A DNA stretch of 64,000 bases from Bugula neritina (taxonomy: Eukaryota > Animalia > Bryozoa). The translations under genes were made by a program, and so were the position numbers. This document shows positions 32,698 to 44,072 of the stretch, piece after piece. The stretch covers positions 9,744,581 through 9,808,580 of the forward strand of contig OZ037767.1 in NCBI GenBank assembly GCA_964035545.1, written 5' to 3'. A model generated the notes under the pieces. The model did no database searches. It was not told the origin of the DNA and worked only from the letters and a program-made list of their open reading frames with translations. The stretch's first letter is position 1; every line of letters starts with the position of its first letter.

Positions 32698-35600
32698 TCA
32701 GTAACCTCCCCCAAAGTTCTGATTATAGCCTTGGTTATACTGTTGTTGGTAAGTCCCACCTCCACCCATCATATTGTTACCTGCAGAAATATAATCATAC
32801 AGTAACTCCACCAGTGTACAGTAGTTGCTTCAAGGGTTGTCTCCTCGCCAGCATAGAACAGAGCAATGGAAAAAGCTAATGCTCCTACCAAAGCATACTA
32901 AAAGTTGTGTAAATTGAAGCCCAATTTCTAAAGCAGCTTTAAAGTTTACAAATATAATAATTGCAATGACAGATATGAAACTCAACTTTAGGGTTACAAG
33001 CCTTGTAAAACAATTATAATATGATGACAATACTATTGGCACACATCAGCTGAAGGAACTCATATTACACTCACCCTGTTGGTTAAAAGACATGCCCATC
33101 TGCTGATTCTGTAAATTATTCCAGTTACCACCCGACTGGTTGAATCCAGCCCCTGCAAGGCACAACACACTGAAATGGGACATTCCAGCAGTAAACTAGG
33201 CAAACTAACTGCACAGCACTTTCATAAACAAGTGGCTAATGAAATCAAGTTCACCGCTGTAGTTTACTGAAATGTGATAACAACTCTCTCTCTGATAACA
33301 ACTACCTATACGCATATCACCATGAATATGTCAGAGAACTTCCAATTACTTCTAAACGGTATTTACTATTACGTGCAATTACAGCTTGGGCATTCTACGA
33401 TTGAAAATGTGAATTACAGCACTGACCTGATGCATTCACTCCCTGCTGAAATGCTTCTTGCATCATTGACTGGAGCATATTTGGAGCCATATTATTCTGC
33501 ATGCCAGACCAGCCTTGTTGCCCCTGATTCATTGCCGAGCCCATGTTGCCTTGGTTCATGCCCATTTGGCCCATGTTATTCTGTCCCATTCCCATTTGTC
33601 CCATTTGATTCATATTACCTTGATTCATCATGTTCATATTATTTGCACCCATGTTCATCTGGCCCATACTGTTTGGACCCATTCCCATTGGACCAATGTT
33701 GTTGCGATTCATATTCATTTGACCCATATTCATTTGACCCATGTTCATATTGCCCATGTTCATTTGACCCATGTTCATATTGCCCATGTTGCTTTGGCCC
33801 ATCATTCCTTGGCCCATCATTGTTGACATTCCACCATCCATGTTTCTTTGCATCATACCTCCTTGGTTCACATCACCGCCCATTCCACCTGCCTGTCTCC
33901 TATTGCCACCCATGTTGCCTCCCATACCATTAACACCCACCATTCCGTCTCCGTAAGCAACTTGGTAATTGCTGGCTCCCGGCAAAGATGCATTTCCGGA
34001 GAACTTCCTTTTTCTTCCAGCATTCTGTTTCCTAGCTTCGCGCTGAGCTTTTCTAGCTGCCATTTTAGCGAGATCCGCTGAAAACGCATTATGAAAGTTA
34101 CGTTGGGCCAGGTAAAAATATAATTTATTATAATATACAATTAATGCATTTATAGCCACAAGTACCGCCATATCAAACAGGCAGTGCATTGAAGCTTCAG
34201 TAAAATATGAAATACTAGTAGAATGACAAATGCTAATCTTGCACCTTTACGCTGGGCGGCTTTCTTGTCCCTCTTGTGATACTGCTTGGAAATCTTCTTG
34301 AATTTAACCTGACCTTCGGCATTATACTGGGTAACCAGCTTTGTGGCATCTTCCTTGTCCAAGTCAGCAAAGAGAACCTCATGAAAACTGTGCTCTCTAC
34401 CTGGCTTAGCCCCGGCCACCGGAATAGTGAAATTGGCTACAATATTTACAACTCTATAACCAAAGGTTCATCATTACTAGGAAGGTAACAGTGAGGGACA
34501 CTGATATGTAAAAGATAAGGCAGCCTTTGCCATTCAGCTAGGCCTAAGACTAGGTTGTGGGACAAAACTTGCAACTAATTACTGTTGGGTGAACAATTTT
34601 AAATTTGAAGTAATTGAGCACCAAAACCTTTTGATAATCAGCTACATATGGATACAATGCAGTAACAGGGGGGTTCTAGGCGCGTAAAGTATAGCAATAA
34701 TTGCAGTAAAGAACACATTTAGAAAAGGAAAAGATAGAGAACTTACTCTAAAACTTACCCCTTAAAATAAAAAGTGAATTTCATGTAATAAAAACATACT
34801 TTTTAAGAGATTGAAATAATACTGAAATGGTTGAAAGATTACGAGTAAGTAAATGCTAGTAAAAAGACGCTCTGCTTTACGTAATGCTACCTTTCATTTC
34901 AAGTATAGCATCATTATTGATGCTTTTATTTGTAGCTTTGTTACGTTCTTCGAGCCTCTTGAGATAATCATCATCACTGGGTATAACAACGATGGCTTTT
35001 CGGGTGAAACCTTTAAATGGTCTCACTTTCCTACACTGAGCTCCCTCGTACACATTGGTCTATATATACACACACATATATATTCATACATAATATTAAA
35101 GAAATAAATACATAAACTAATGATTTAGTACACTGTGTAGCGGCAGCATTGTCTACCAACAAACACAGACATAAAAGTCAGCAACTTAAATTAAAAGAGA
35201 CACTTCTGTATGAGTGATCTCAACTTTTTTTTAAATTTAACAAAAAGTTAAATCAAAGCTGCCAATTGGTAAAAATTGATGTGCTGTGACAGCATTAGTG
35301 GCAGTAGTAAAGTAATGTAAGCAAGTAACAGTCACAATCAAACTTGTTTATTTAACCAATATATGGTGGAGATGATTGGTGATACAAACGTGTGTATCAC
35401 CATTACCATAGTATGAGCGTATCTAGTATTGTATCACAATACTAGATATACTATTAATGATAATATATTAAATATTACTAATCACAATACAATTCAACAT
35501 AAGCAGGGTGGTGCAAGACCATTTGGTAGACGTAGGCTTGCAGCCTATTGAATGGGTGCAACATGCACCTGTCTGTGACAACATGTCACAGGTTTGTGTG

Positions 35601-38600
35601 ACACGCACACACCTGCAGCGACATGCCAGATGCTTTACGTAACTACAATATATAGAATCATATGATTGTCATCAATTTTTACATTTAAATTTGAGATTAC
35701 ATGTAGTCATTCGACTAAACATGGTAGATATGTACTCAGTATGTATATACTCAGTATGTTTGTACATGACAAGTATGTATTTACACATAATGTATGTACA
35801 CATAATGTATGTACACAGTATGTATGTACACAGTATGTACTATGTACATGGTACTAGTGCAGTACATGGTACTGGAGTATGTAGGTCTTCCATCATCTCC
35901 AATACATACACCTGAAACAGACTAAAACAAAGCAGCTGGGAAAGAGCCAAAGCCGAGGGCAGACAGGAGTTGTGTCTACCTGGTCTATGATGTAGTTGCG
36001 GAGTCGTGTGGCAGCAATTGAAATGAGTTTCTTCAGACACGAGTTGGTCTTGTCATATAGGTCGTCCCACCTGCCACTGTAACACTTGGCTATTTCTACA
36101 CCATCAACCTGTTAGTGGAGAAAGGGTATATAGTAATCCAGAGTATATATAGTAACACAGAGGATATATAGTAATACAGAGTAAGTAGAGTAATACAGAG
36201 TATATATATAGTAATACAGAGTATAAATAGTAATACAGAGGATATATAGTAATACAGAGTATATACAGTAATACAGAGGATATATAGTAATACAGAGGAT
36301 ATAATATAGTAATACAGAGTATATATAGTAATACAGAGTATATATAGTAATACAGAGGATATAATATAGTAATACAGAGTATATATAGTAATACAGAGGA
36401 TATATATATAGTATTACAGAGGATATAATAGCACGCAAGGTCAATACCTTCATTTTACCCAGAAGTTCGGGTGTGCCAAGAACGTTCCAGCGTTTCTCAG
36501 GTGAGGTGAGGAGAGTGTTGGCCACCCAGTGACTCTTACCAGCTCCCACCAGACCCACCATGAGATAGACGGAGCACTCGGACTTCCTGGTGACGGGCTT
36601 CACTGCTCTGTCTCTACTGTCCAGCGGCAGCTCAGATATAAAACAGTAGTCTTCATTGATAGCGTACCACGGCTTCTCCTAACAAAACAATAAACAAACA
36701 TTAGACATAAAGCAAAAAGTTCAAAACTTGCTATTGATTACATAGTACTAAAACTAACAAAAATTCAATTTATCTATATACAAACTACATTACCAATATA
36801 AAGTTGACCAGAACTTATCAGAAAGCGTAAACCCACCAGCTGGCCAAAATTAACAGCAATGGAGAAGTTTTTGGTTGAGACATGAGGGTAGAGAGAGTCC
36901 AGCCCCAGTAAGTGACTCTCCAACTTATACGCCTCAACTACAGGGCCGTCGTTCTTTGAGAAGGAAATGGTTACCATGGTATCGGTGATATCCTGCAATA
37001 CATGAGTAAATTGGAGTAGCTGACAGAACGTAATGTTATGAGGTAAACTACACAATGGGCCAGAAAAAACCACTTATCTGAGTATTTATATATTCAAAGA
37101 AAAGGGATGATACTGTGCCACTTTCACAACAATAAAGCAAAGCTAATGAGAGTTGTACAGAGTAGAGAGCTCACAAGATAAATGAGCTGAGTGACTCACC
37201 AAGTAGGAAGTGATGACATCACCGACATCATACGACTCGCCATAGTCCACAAAGAGCGAGTCGCAGCAGCACCGCCCCGTACTCTGGTAGCCAAAGGAAT
37301 AGGGAGACTCGCCTAACTGATGGTCAGTGCTGCTAATAGACCACCCGACTCTGGCCATGTAGTTGTCGCCCAGAGGTTGATCTTTAATGTTGATTGGTAG
37401 TCGGCCAGTTACCTAGGAAACCAAAAACACTGAAATTTTTCACAAAGAGAATGAATGCCCTTTTCTGGAATGGCAAAAAGGCACTGAAAACTGAAAAAAC
37501 TCTAATTATCAACAAACCAGCACATATCAGTATCTCAGGAAACCGCACTTGCACATTTTCAACACAAACCTTCAATTGGAAAGCAATAGAGCAAGGGGAG
37601 CTGACTCCATAGTTAGCCCGAGCACCCGCCCACATGTATCCAAATCCTCCACGACTCAATGGCTTACAGCTCACGCCGGCTTCATCTATCTACAACCATA
37701 GCAACACGCATCTTAATAAAAGGAATCAGCCTGCAGTAACAAATAGTATGAATAAAGTAGTCCATCCAATACACGGATACTGGAAGCAATATTAGCTGCC
37801 AATAAAGAATATAATTATGAGTCATGATAAACTGGTGACAAGGCATACAGTTTGGAGTTGTGTTAACAGCGAAACGTACAAACATGTTGAGGTCACAGTG
37901 GTATCTGTCCAACTCCACAGTCTCACGTTCCACCCAATCTGTATTCTCCATGACAACAGGCTCGGGATCATATTTCCACTCCTTTTTACCTTTGGGAATG
38001 GGAACAGCTGTTTCGGTGACTAGAGGTGCTGAAGTTACTGCTGACTCTTTGGGTTCATCAGCTAAAGCCACATAACACCAGTTATATAACGAGTATCTAT
38101 ACATTCAACACACATATGCCATAAATCAATTCAACACCAATAAAACCGGCCATATTCAATATGTCAAAGCCAACATGTAGTAGCTGTAAAATCGTCAATA
38201 TTGCAAAGGTTAAGCAAAAAAGCTTGACGTTTAAACCTATATAGCCCTTGATCTAAAATAGGCATTTGTCCAAAATAAGAACAAAATCAAATAAACCGAT
38301 TGAATTCTAACCCTTACAGAGATTGGAATTAAAATAGCTTATGATCAGATCAAATGGAGAAGTCACTTTGAACAAGCTACAGCAAAATCAGCTATTTCAA
38401 GGTTTAATGACAGCTCACTTAGTTGAAGGATTATTGAAGCATTTGGAAAAGTTCCAGTTTTAGCACTGTAGGTATAAGATAGACAGCTCAAGGGCAACCT
38501 GAAGCCATATATTTCACTTTTCAAGCCTTATTTTACAACTTATGCCAAAAACCCTCATGTGAATACATTATGAATTAATGAGATATGAATAACTACATGT

Positions 38601-40289
38601 GGAAAGCAGAGAAATGTGCTTAAGTGACACTTTAACAACTTACACAGTAGTGAGAAGACACCGCCTGTAGCAGGCTCCCCTCCCCCAGATTCAGCTGGAA
38701 CTACAATTTAGTTGGTAGAAGTTCACAAGTGAAAAGTCCTATTTTTCAACAAAAGAAAAAGAGAACAAGGCACACAATTCAAGATATACATGTCCTACTT
38801 GGCAAAGGTATTATGCATGGGATATTAGTGCCAATATTTATGTCACCTTTCTATCCATCAATAGAAATAACTACACATCTACCTTTGATAAACCAAACGA
38901 GAATTTTATAATCAAGTGATTGAATGTATTGGCTTATTTAAATTTACAACGCCTTAAATGTCCAACAGTTGTAAGAAACAAAACCCCAAAAATACATGTC
39001 CAGGTTACAGCATATAGTGACTAGCTTACCATCTGGTGCAGCGGGTGTAGCAGACCTTTCTTCGTCTTCTTCCTCTTCCATAGGCTCCTCAGCATCTGGC
39101 GTGTGGGGCCCAATTCTCTCTCTCCTATTCTCATATTCCATCGCAACAGCAGCTTCCAACTGGTCAGAGAATCTGTCTTCACTGGTATTCGTGGGCTTCA
39201 CCCCTTCTGTTGACTCCACATTCGTCGGTTCATTTACAGGAGAAAGAGCTTCAGTATTTGCAGCCATTTGCTGAGTCTCTGGTGCTGAAGAAGTCACCAT
39301 AGGTTCTTGGTGCTGTTCTTCACCTGTAGTTTTTGTAGATTCACCTGTAGATTCTTTGCGTTGTTTTTCACCTGTAGTTTCTACAGATTCATCTGTAGAT
39401 ATTGTAGGGTCTGTGGGAGCGTGCCCCTCTAGACCAGAAACCATAGTCTCATTCCCAGTGTCCATTTCACCAGTAACTGACTCTCCCGCTTCTTTAACTT
39501 CTACTTCATCAGTTTCAGTCAAGTTATTTGTTTTAGATGAATGGGTAACAATTTCATCAGATTTTTGTGAATCAGCCAGTGGATTTGGATTTTCCATGAA
39601 CTGTTGATTTGCATTATCAACGGATGAAGTAACCTCAACAGCTGAGGGATTTGCAGAATCATCGGCTTGAGAATCATCAGTTGACGCAGAAGGTTCTACG
39701 TTAGAAGCAATCGCTGGAAGATCACCCGAAGTATTAGCATCTGCCTCATCTGCAGACTTCCTGTGAACTGACAAATTGGCTTCACCTTCTGAAACTGAAA
39801 CAGAAGTTGAATTATTTAACAAACTTGTTGTGAAATACAAATAAGATATAATACAAAAAATTCAACCGAACACCCACTAAAGCTATAGCCAAATTATAAT
39901 TTACTCAATAAAAATATTTGAAAAAGATTTTATGGGAGCTTGACATGAAGTTGAAGAGAAAATACATTTGTTACACAAGAAACCCGAAAACAAATATAAG
40001 TCCAAGGTTAGATTACTTTCATAAATGGTAAAATGTTCCTCAGAGCTTTTTTCAATTAGTAAAATGAAAAATTAAATTTAAAAAACATCAATGAATGGTG
40101 TTAATTTTACTGACTGTTGCCGCCAATTGTTTCTTCAGCAGAACCAGTATGTGACTCCTCTGTTTCCATACATTTCTGAATAAGCTCTTCCTTCTTTAAC
40201 CCTTTGCCATCTTGACCACGAGATTCCAGAAGTTCTCTAAGCTCAGCCACCTTAAGCTTCCGGTACCTTTTTGCTTCTGGTGAATTCAT
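32698..40289 (-). CDS. HNRNPUL1: hnRNP U / hnRNP U-like 1 family protein (SAP - acidic linker - SPRY - P-loop NTPase - low-complexity tail)
   Basis: ATG at 40289. SAP: KLKVAELRELLESRGQDGKGLKKEELIQK. SPRY: GFGYMWAGARANYGV, RVGWS, LGESPYSFGY, GDVITSYL, LYPHV, VNFGQ. Walker A: MVGLVGAGKS. Also RNYIIDQ|TNVY...RKVRPFKGFTRKAIVV and EMKANFTIP. The final exons 33152-33075 and 32780-32698 end QNFGGGY*. The symbol denotes the family; U, UL1 and UL2 cannot be told apart. Confidence 0.93.
36125..36430. repeat. About 20-bp minisatellite (atatatagtaatacagag[g/t]) filling an hnRNP U intron
   Basis: About 14 degenerate tandem copies. They explain the Y/I/L-rich tail of ORF 36112-36603. Confidence 0.9.
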
Positions 40290-41479
40290 ATTAACCTTTC
40301 GAAAAAAAATCAACACATATATAATTTCAAGTGTTGGTCAACAGAAAAAAGAAGTACTTAAAATGTTAATATAAGTATACTAATACTAATAGTGATACTA
40401 GTATACTAGTAGTAATATTCCAATGAATTAATATCAATAATCATAGCGGTAGTCACAGAGAGAGTTAGGCTATTCAGCAACACAACATAAATATTACAAC
40501 CATTATCAGTTTCACTATCAGTACGAGTATCAATATGAATATGTATAACTATAAGCAAAAGTAATACTTATAACTTTTCCATCATAATAATCATTAATAT
40601 TTATTTTATAACAACATTTATTTCAATGTAATAATATTGGCAATTTAGGTTTAACAAGTTAAAATGATCAAACTCAAATTGATTATCAATAAAAATACAT
40701 CTAATTCTTAAAGAATGACAATTTGCATATCAATAACTTATGGAATAGTAATTATTATACTTATTAACTTATAGTCATCACTCATGATGATTTCATGATT
40801 ATGATCATCACCTGATTATGATCATAAAGTTAACAGTCACAAAGACTGATACTCATACTGATAGTCAAAATTGTTGTGATACCCTTACTCATAATTGCTC
40901 AACTGATAAATCTGAAGTTAAACTAAAATCAAAATTATTTAATTTAAACAATAAATAAATAATCATATTCATAACGATAGTGGTAATGATAAAATTAAAA
41001 TTAAATGATAATCATCATCATAAACTTCAGTCTTGAAGTGAATCACTGAATGATCATCATCATCAGTACAAGTATCACTATCAGTATCACTATGAACTAT
41101 GAATTATAAATATAATCATAATGAAACTCAAAATGTTTTTATTCATCAAATTAATAATTAATATTACAATAATATTAATTTAAATTATACTAAATTTTAT
41201 TAATTATATTTATAACTTAAATTTAATTTTATATTTCAATGACATTCAACTTTTACTTTCAACATTGAATTTAAGTATTCTTTGAGTTTGAAAATCCAAA
41301 CATGAAACATTCCACTGGCACTAACTCTAAGTCAAACTCGAACTGAAACAGTCAAACTCAAAGCCTGAACACTGAACAGGAACAATCTAATTCAAATTGA
41401 CATTTACTTTTAATTAAGTCTAACTTATAACCACATTACTGGTGAGTTATAACTATAAGTAAATTAGCAAAAATAATCA

Positions 41480-41830
41480 TATAAAAGACAGATATCGGCG
41501 CGAATTTTCTGGTCAACGTGCTCATGCTGTGGTAGATTCAAAGGCACTCCTATTCCTTTTCAATGAGCGGAATGGCGCTGTAGATGACCATGACCTAGCG
41601 TGAATCAAACTGACGAGCCAGAAAGCTTTGAGTGCGGTTTTAGTGTTTTAAGAAGATAATCCCATTAATAACCATTGGCAACAGTATTCTCTTACTATAA
41701 TACTATAATAGTCATCGTAAATTTGGCATCCAAGTTGAAAAAGTGTCTTCATCTACAAGTTTTCAACGGCAGCAGGACTGGCGCATTTAGTTTCACGCAG
41801 AAAATTAGTAATTACTCGTCTATACTGATA
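41480..41830. promoter_or_regulatory. Putative bidirectional promoter for the hnRNP U-like (-) and arylsulfatase (+) genes
   Basis: A CpG-retaining, GC-richer patch with an E2F-like GGCGCGAA (about 41497-41504) and a YY1-like AATGGCG (41571-41577). Both flanking genes have an acceptor just before their ATG (about 40296 on -, 44040 on +), which implies non-coding first exons in this interval. Confidence 0.45.
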
Positions 41831-42569
41831 CTCTGTAGTGAGGAATCGAATTAAATGTGTTATTTACTGTTAACTGTTACTGTTAGTATTACTATTACTA
41901 TTAGCATGAGACTGAGAGTTTGTGGTAATGTTTTATCAGTAATCACTAATCAGTATGAGACTGAGTATGAGTATGACTATGAGTATATAAATATTAAATT
42001 TAATCTAGATATTATTAATTTATGCATATTTAATTTTATATTAATACTGATAGAAATAATTATTACAACCTTTAGTTATCACTATCATTATGTTAATCGT
42101 AGTCAATCATAGTCAAACTCAATGTCATAGACCATCGGGCATAGTGGTATTCATTTTGATTTTCATTATCATAATGATAATCATTATCATTATGAATATT
42201 AATATCGACACAATGATCATGACCATGATGATTTTGATAGTGATTGTAATTATTTTATCATTTAATTTTATGTTGATATTGATATCTGTCGAATTGTTCT
42301 TCACACTATTTGAATTTCTAAACTACCCTCACCTTGTTGGGTAGAAGCCAGAAGGGGTGTGCCACTTTGACTGTTAAATCATGGGTTACATCATGGTCAT
42401 CATGTATCAGTATGCATCAGCAGCGAGTAGTCACTGTCACCAAACATTAATATATTATATTCAAGAATAGTTTTCAGTGGCCTCAAAGCAGGCCTGGTTA
42501 GCCTGTCTGTGGTAAGACCCTGCTACGGTTGCTGTAAGCATATTTGATTCAAATCTCTAAGTCGAATTG

Positions 42570-43390
42570 TTCATGGTAGAAAATATTTCAATATTTATTT
42601 TAGTTTGTACTAATTGAACATGGAATTCTTTGAGCCTAAGAGCTAGTCTGAACTGTTGATGATATTTGTTCAGTTAGGTGGCCATATAATTTAGTGAGTA
42701 CTGGATGATATTCTTCTTTGGGTAAAATCTGGAGAAGACAAGTGTTTTTATTTTTTCTTCTGGATAATAGTGGTTTTATTCCAAGTTTATCCATAGGCTA
42801 GGTCAAATATTTATGTTCTTTTATGCTGCATGTAAAGCAAACAGAGTCTGACGGAACACCTTCTATGCTGGCAATGGCACTTTTACAAACTGGGTCCCAA
42901 ACAGCACAAGCATATTCTAGATGTGGTAGACATAGAGTCTTGTATGCAAGCTAACGGGCATGCTGTGGTACCTATTGTAGCGCTCTTTTAATCATCCCAA
43001 GTTGTTTCTCTGCTTTTGGGACTTTCTTATAAATATGTTCAGCAAACTTACAATCAGATAAAATCAACACTCCGAGACATTTTTGTACTATTTATGTGTT
43101 CGAGCTCAGAACCATGCAGAGTGTGTTTCGGTGGGCCTAGAAAGGTTTGTTATTTCCTTTTTCAATGGCTGACAAACTTGTTTATTGATGCAAGAAATCC
43201 TAATCTGATGGAAGGATTTTTTGGCAAACCTCCTATAATTGGCTACTACATTTTTGTCTAAAGAATCTATAATCTGCTGGTGCGGGATGTATAGCCTACA
43301 TTGTTTTTGAGCAATCTTATGACTTTCCTTGTTAAGCCATTTTGGCTCATTATTGTATTTTCTGCTTCTTTATTGCCCTTTCGACATCTC
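42570..43390 (-). mobile_element. Degenerate CR1/L2-group LINE fragment
   Basis: The minus strand reads LAYKTLCLPHLEYACAVWDP...IASIEGV at about 42950-42855, the same post-RT motif as the element at 1553. It is frameshifted, and the outer limits are approximate. Confidence 0.7.
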
Positions 43391-44072
43391 CGTGACCTTT
43401 GGTATTGATAATGACAATCATAGCAGTCGCAGATGGTATAGTTATAGTCATGCTGATATCTGTGTTAACATTTAGCTCGATTTTGATCATTATTTTTAAT
43501 TAATTATTAGCAACAATAATTTCAGTCATTATTATCATACTCATAGTTGTATTTATATTGCCTTTAATATTGATAATCACAATCATAATTATAACCGTAA
43601 TAGCAATGTATCAATCATAGCTATGCTTATAGTAATAATAATTATTAATACTACAGATTATTAGTAGGTAATACTAACATATGTCGATATTTATTTAACT
43701 TTAATTCATTGAAAAAATAAAAAGTGTAAATCTTAATGTATATTGGGAGTATATCTTTTAATTATCTTCACCATAGTGGCCATAATCTCTTTCATTTGAA
43801 TTAAATGTTTGTGAAGTCAACGTATGATAACAGAAAATGCAGGACTAATAAAATATGAATTCATCTTTGACATTCTACAATGATCTAAAACTGACATTCA
43901 TATGAATATAATCGGTTTAGGTTCAAGATTTATTCAAATAACAATTTGACTAGTTATTGGAGAGTCAAGAAAAGTTAGTTGCATGTCATCAGCCCTACAT
44001 TTTATCAGACTTTCATGTATGCTTCATATTTTATTTGTAGGTGCTAGGAAACTATACAATTAGAAACTCAGA

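Noticed and set aside
33274-33933. Cys/Pro-rich 219-aa ORF and His-rich ORF on the + strand
   Set aside because: Antisense shadows of the repetitive MGQMN exon of the hnRNP U-like gene.
41855-42344. Hydrophobic Ile-rich ORFs as membrane proteins
   Set aside because: Products of ATT/ATC low-complexity DNA with no splice or homology support.
42480-42560. Second tRNA-derived SINE head
   Set aside because: Only weak A/B-box resemblance and no TSD found.
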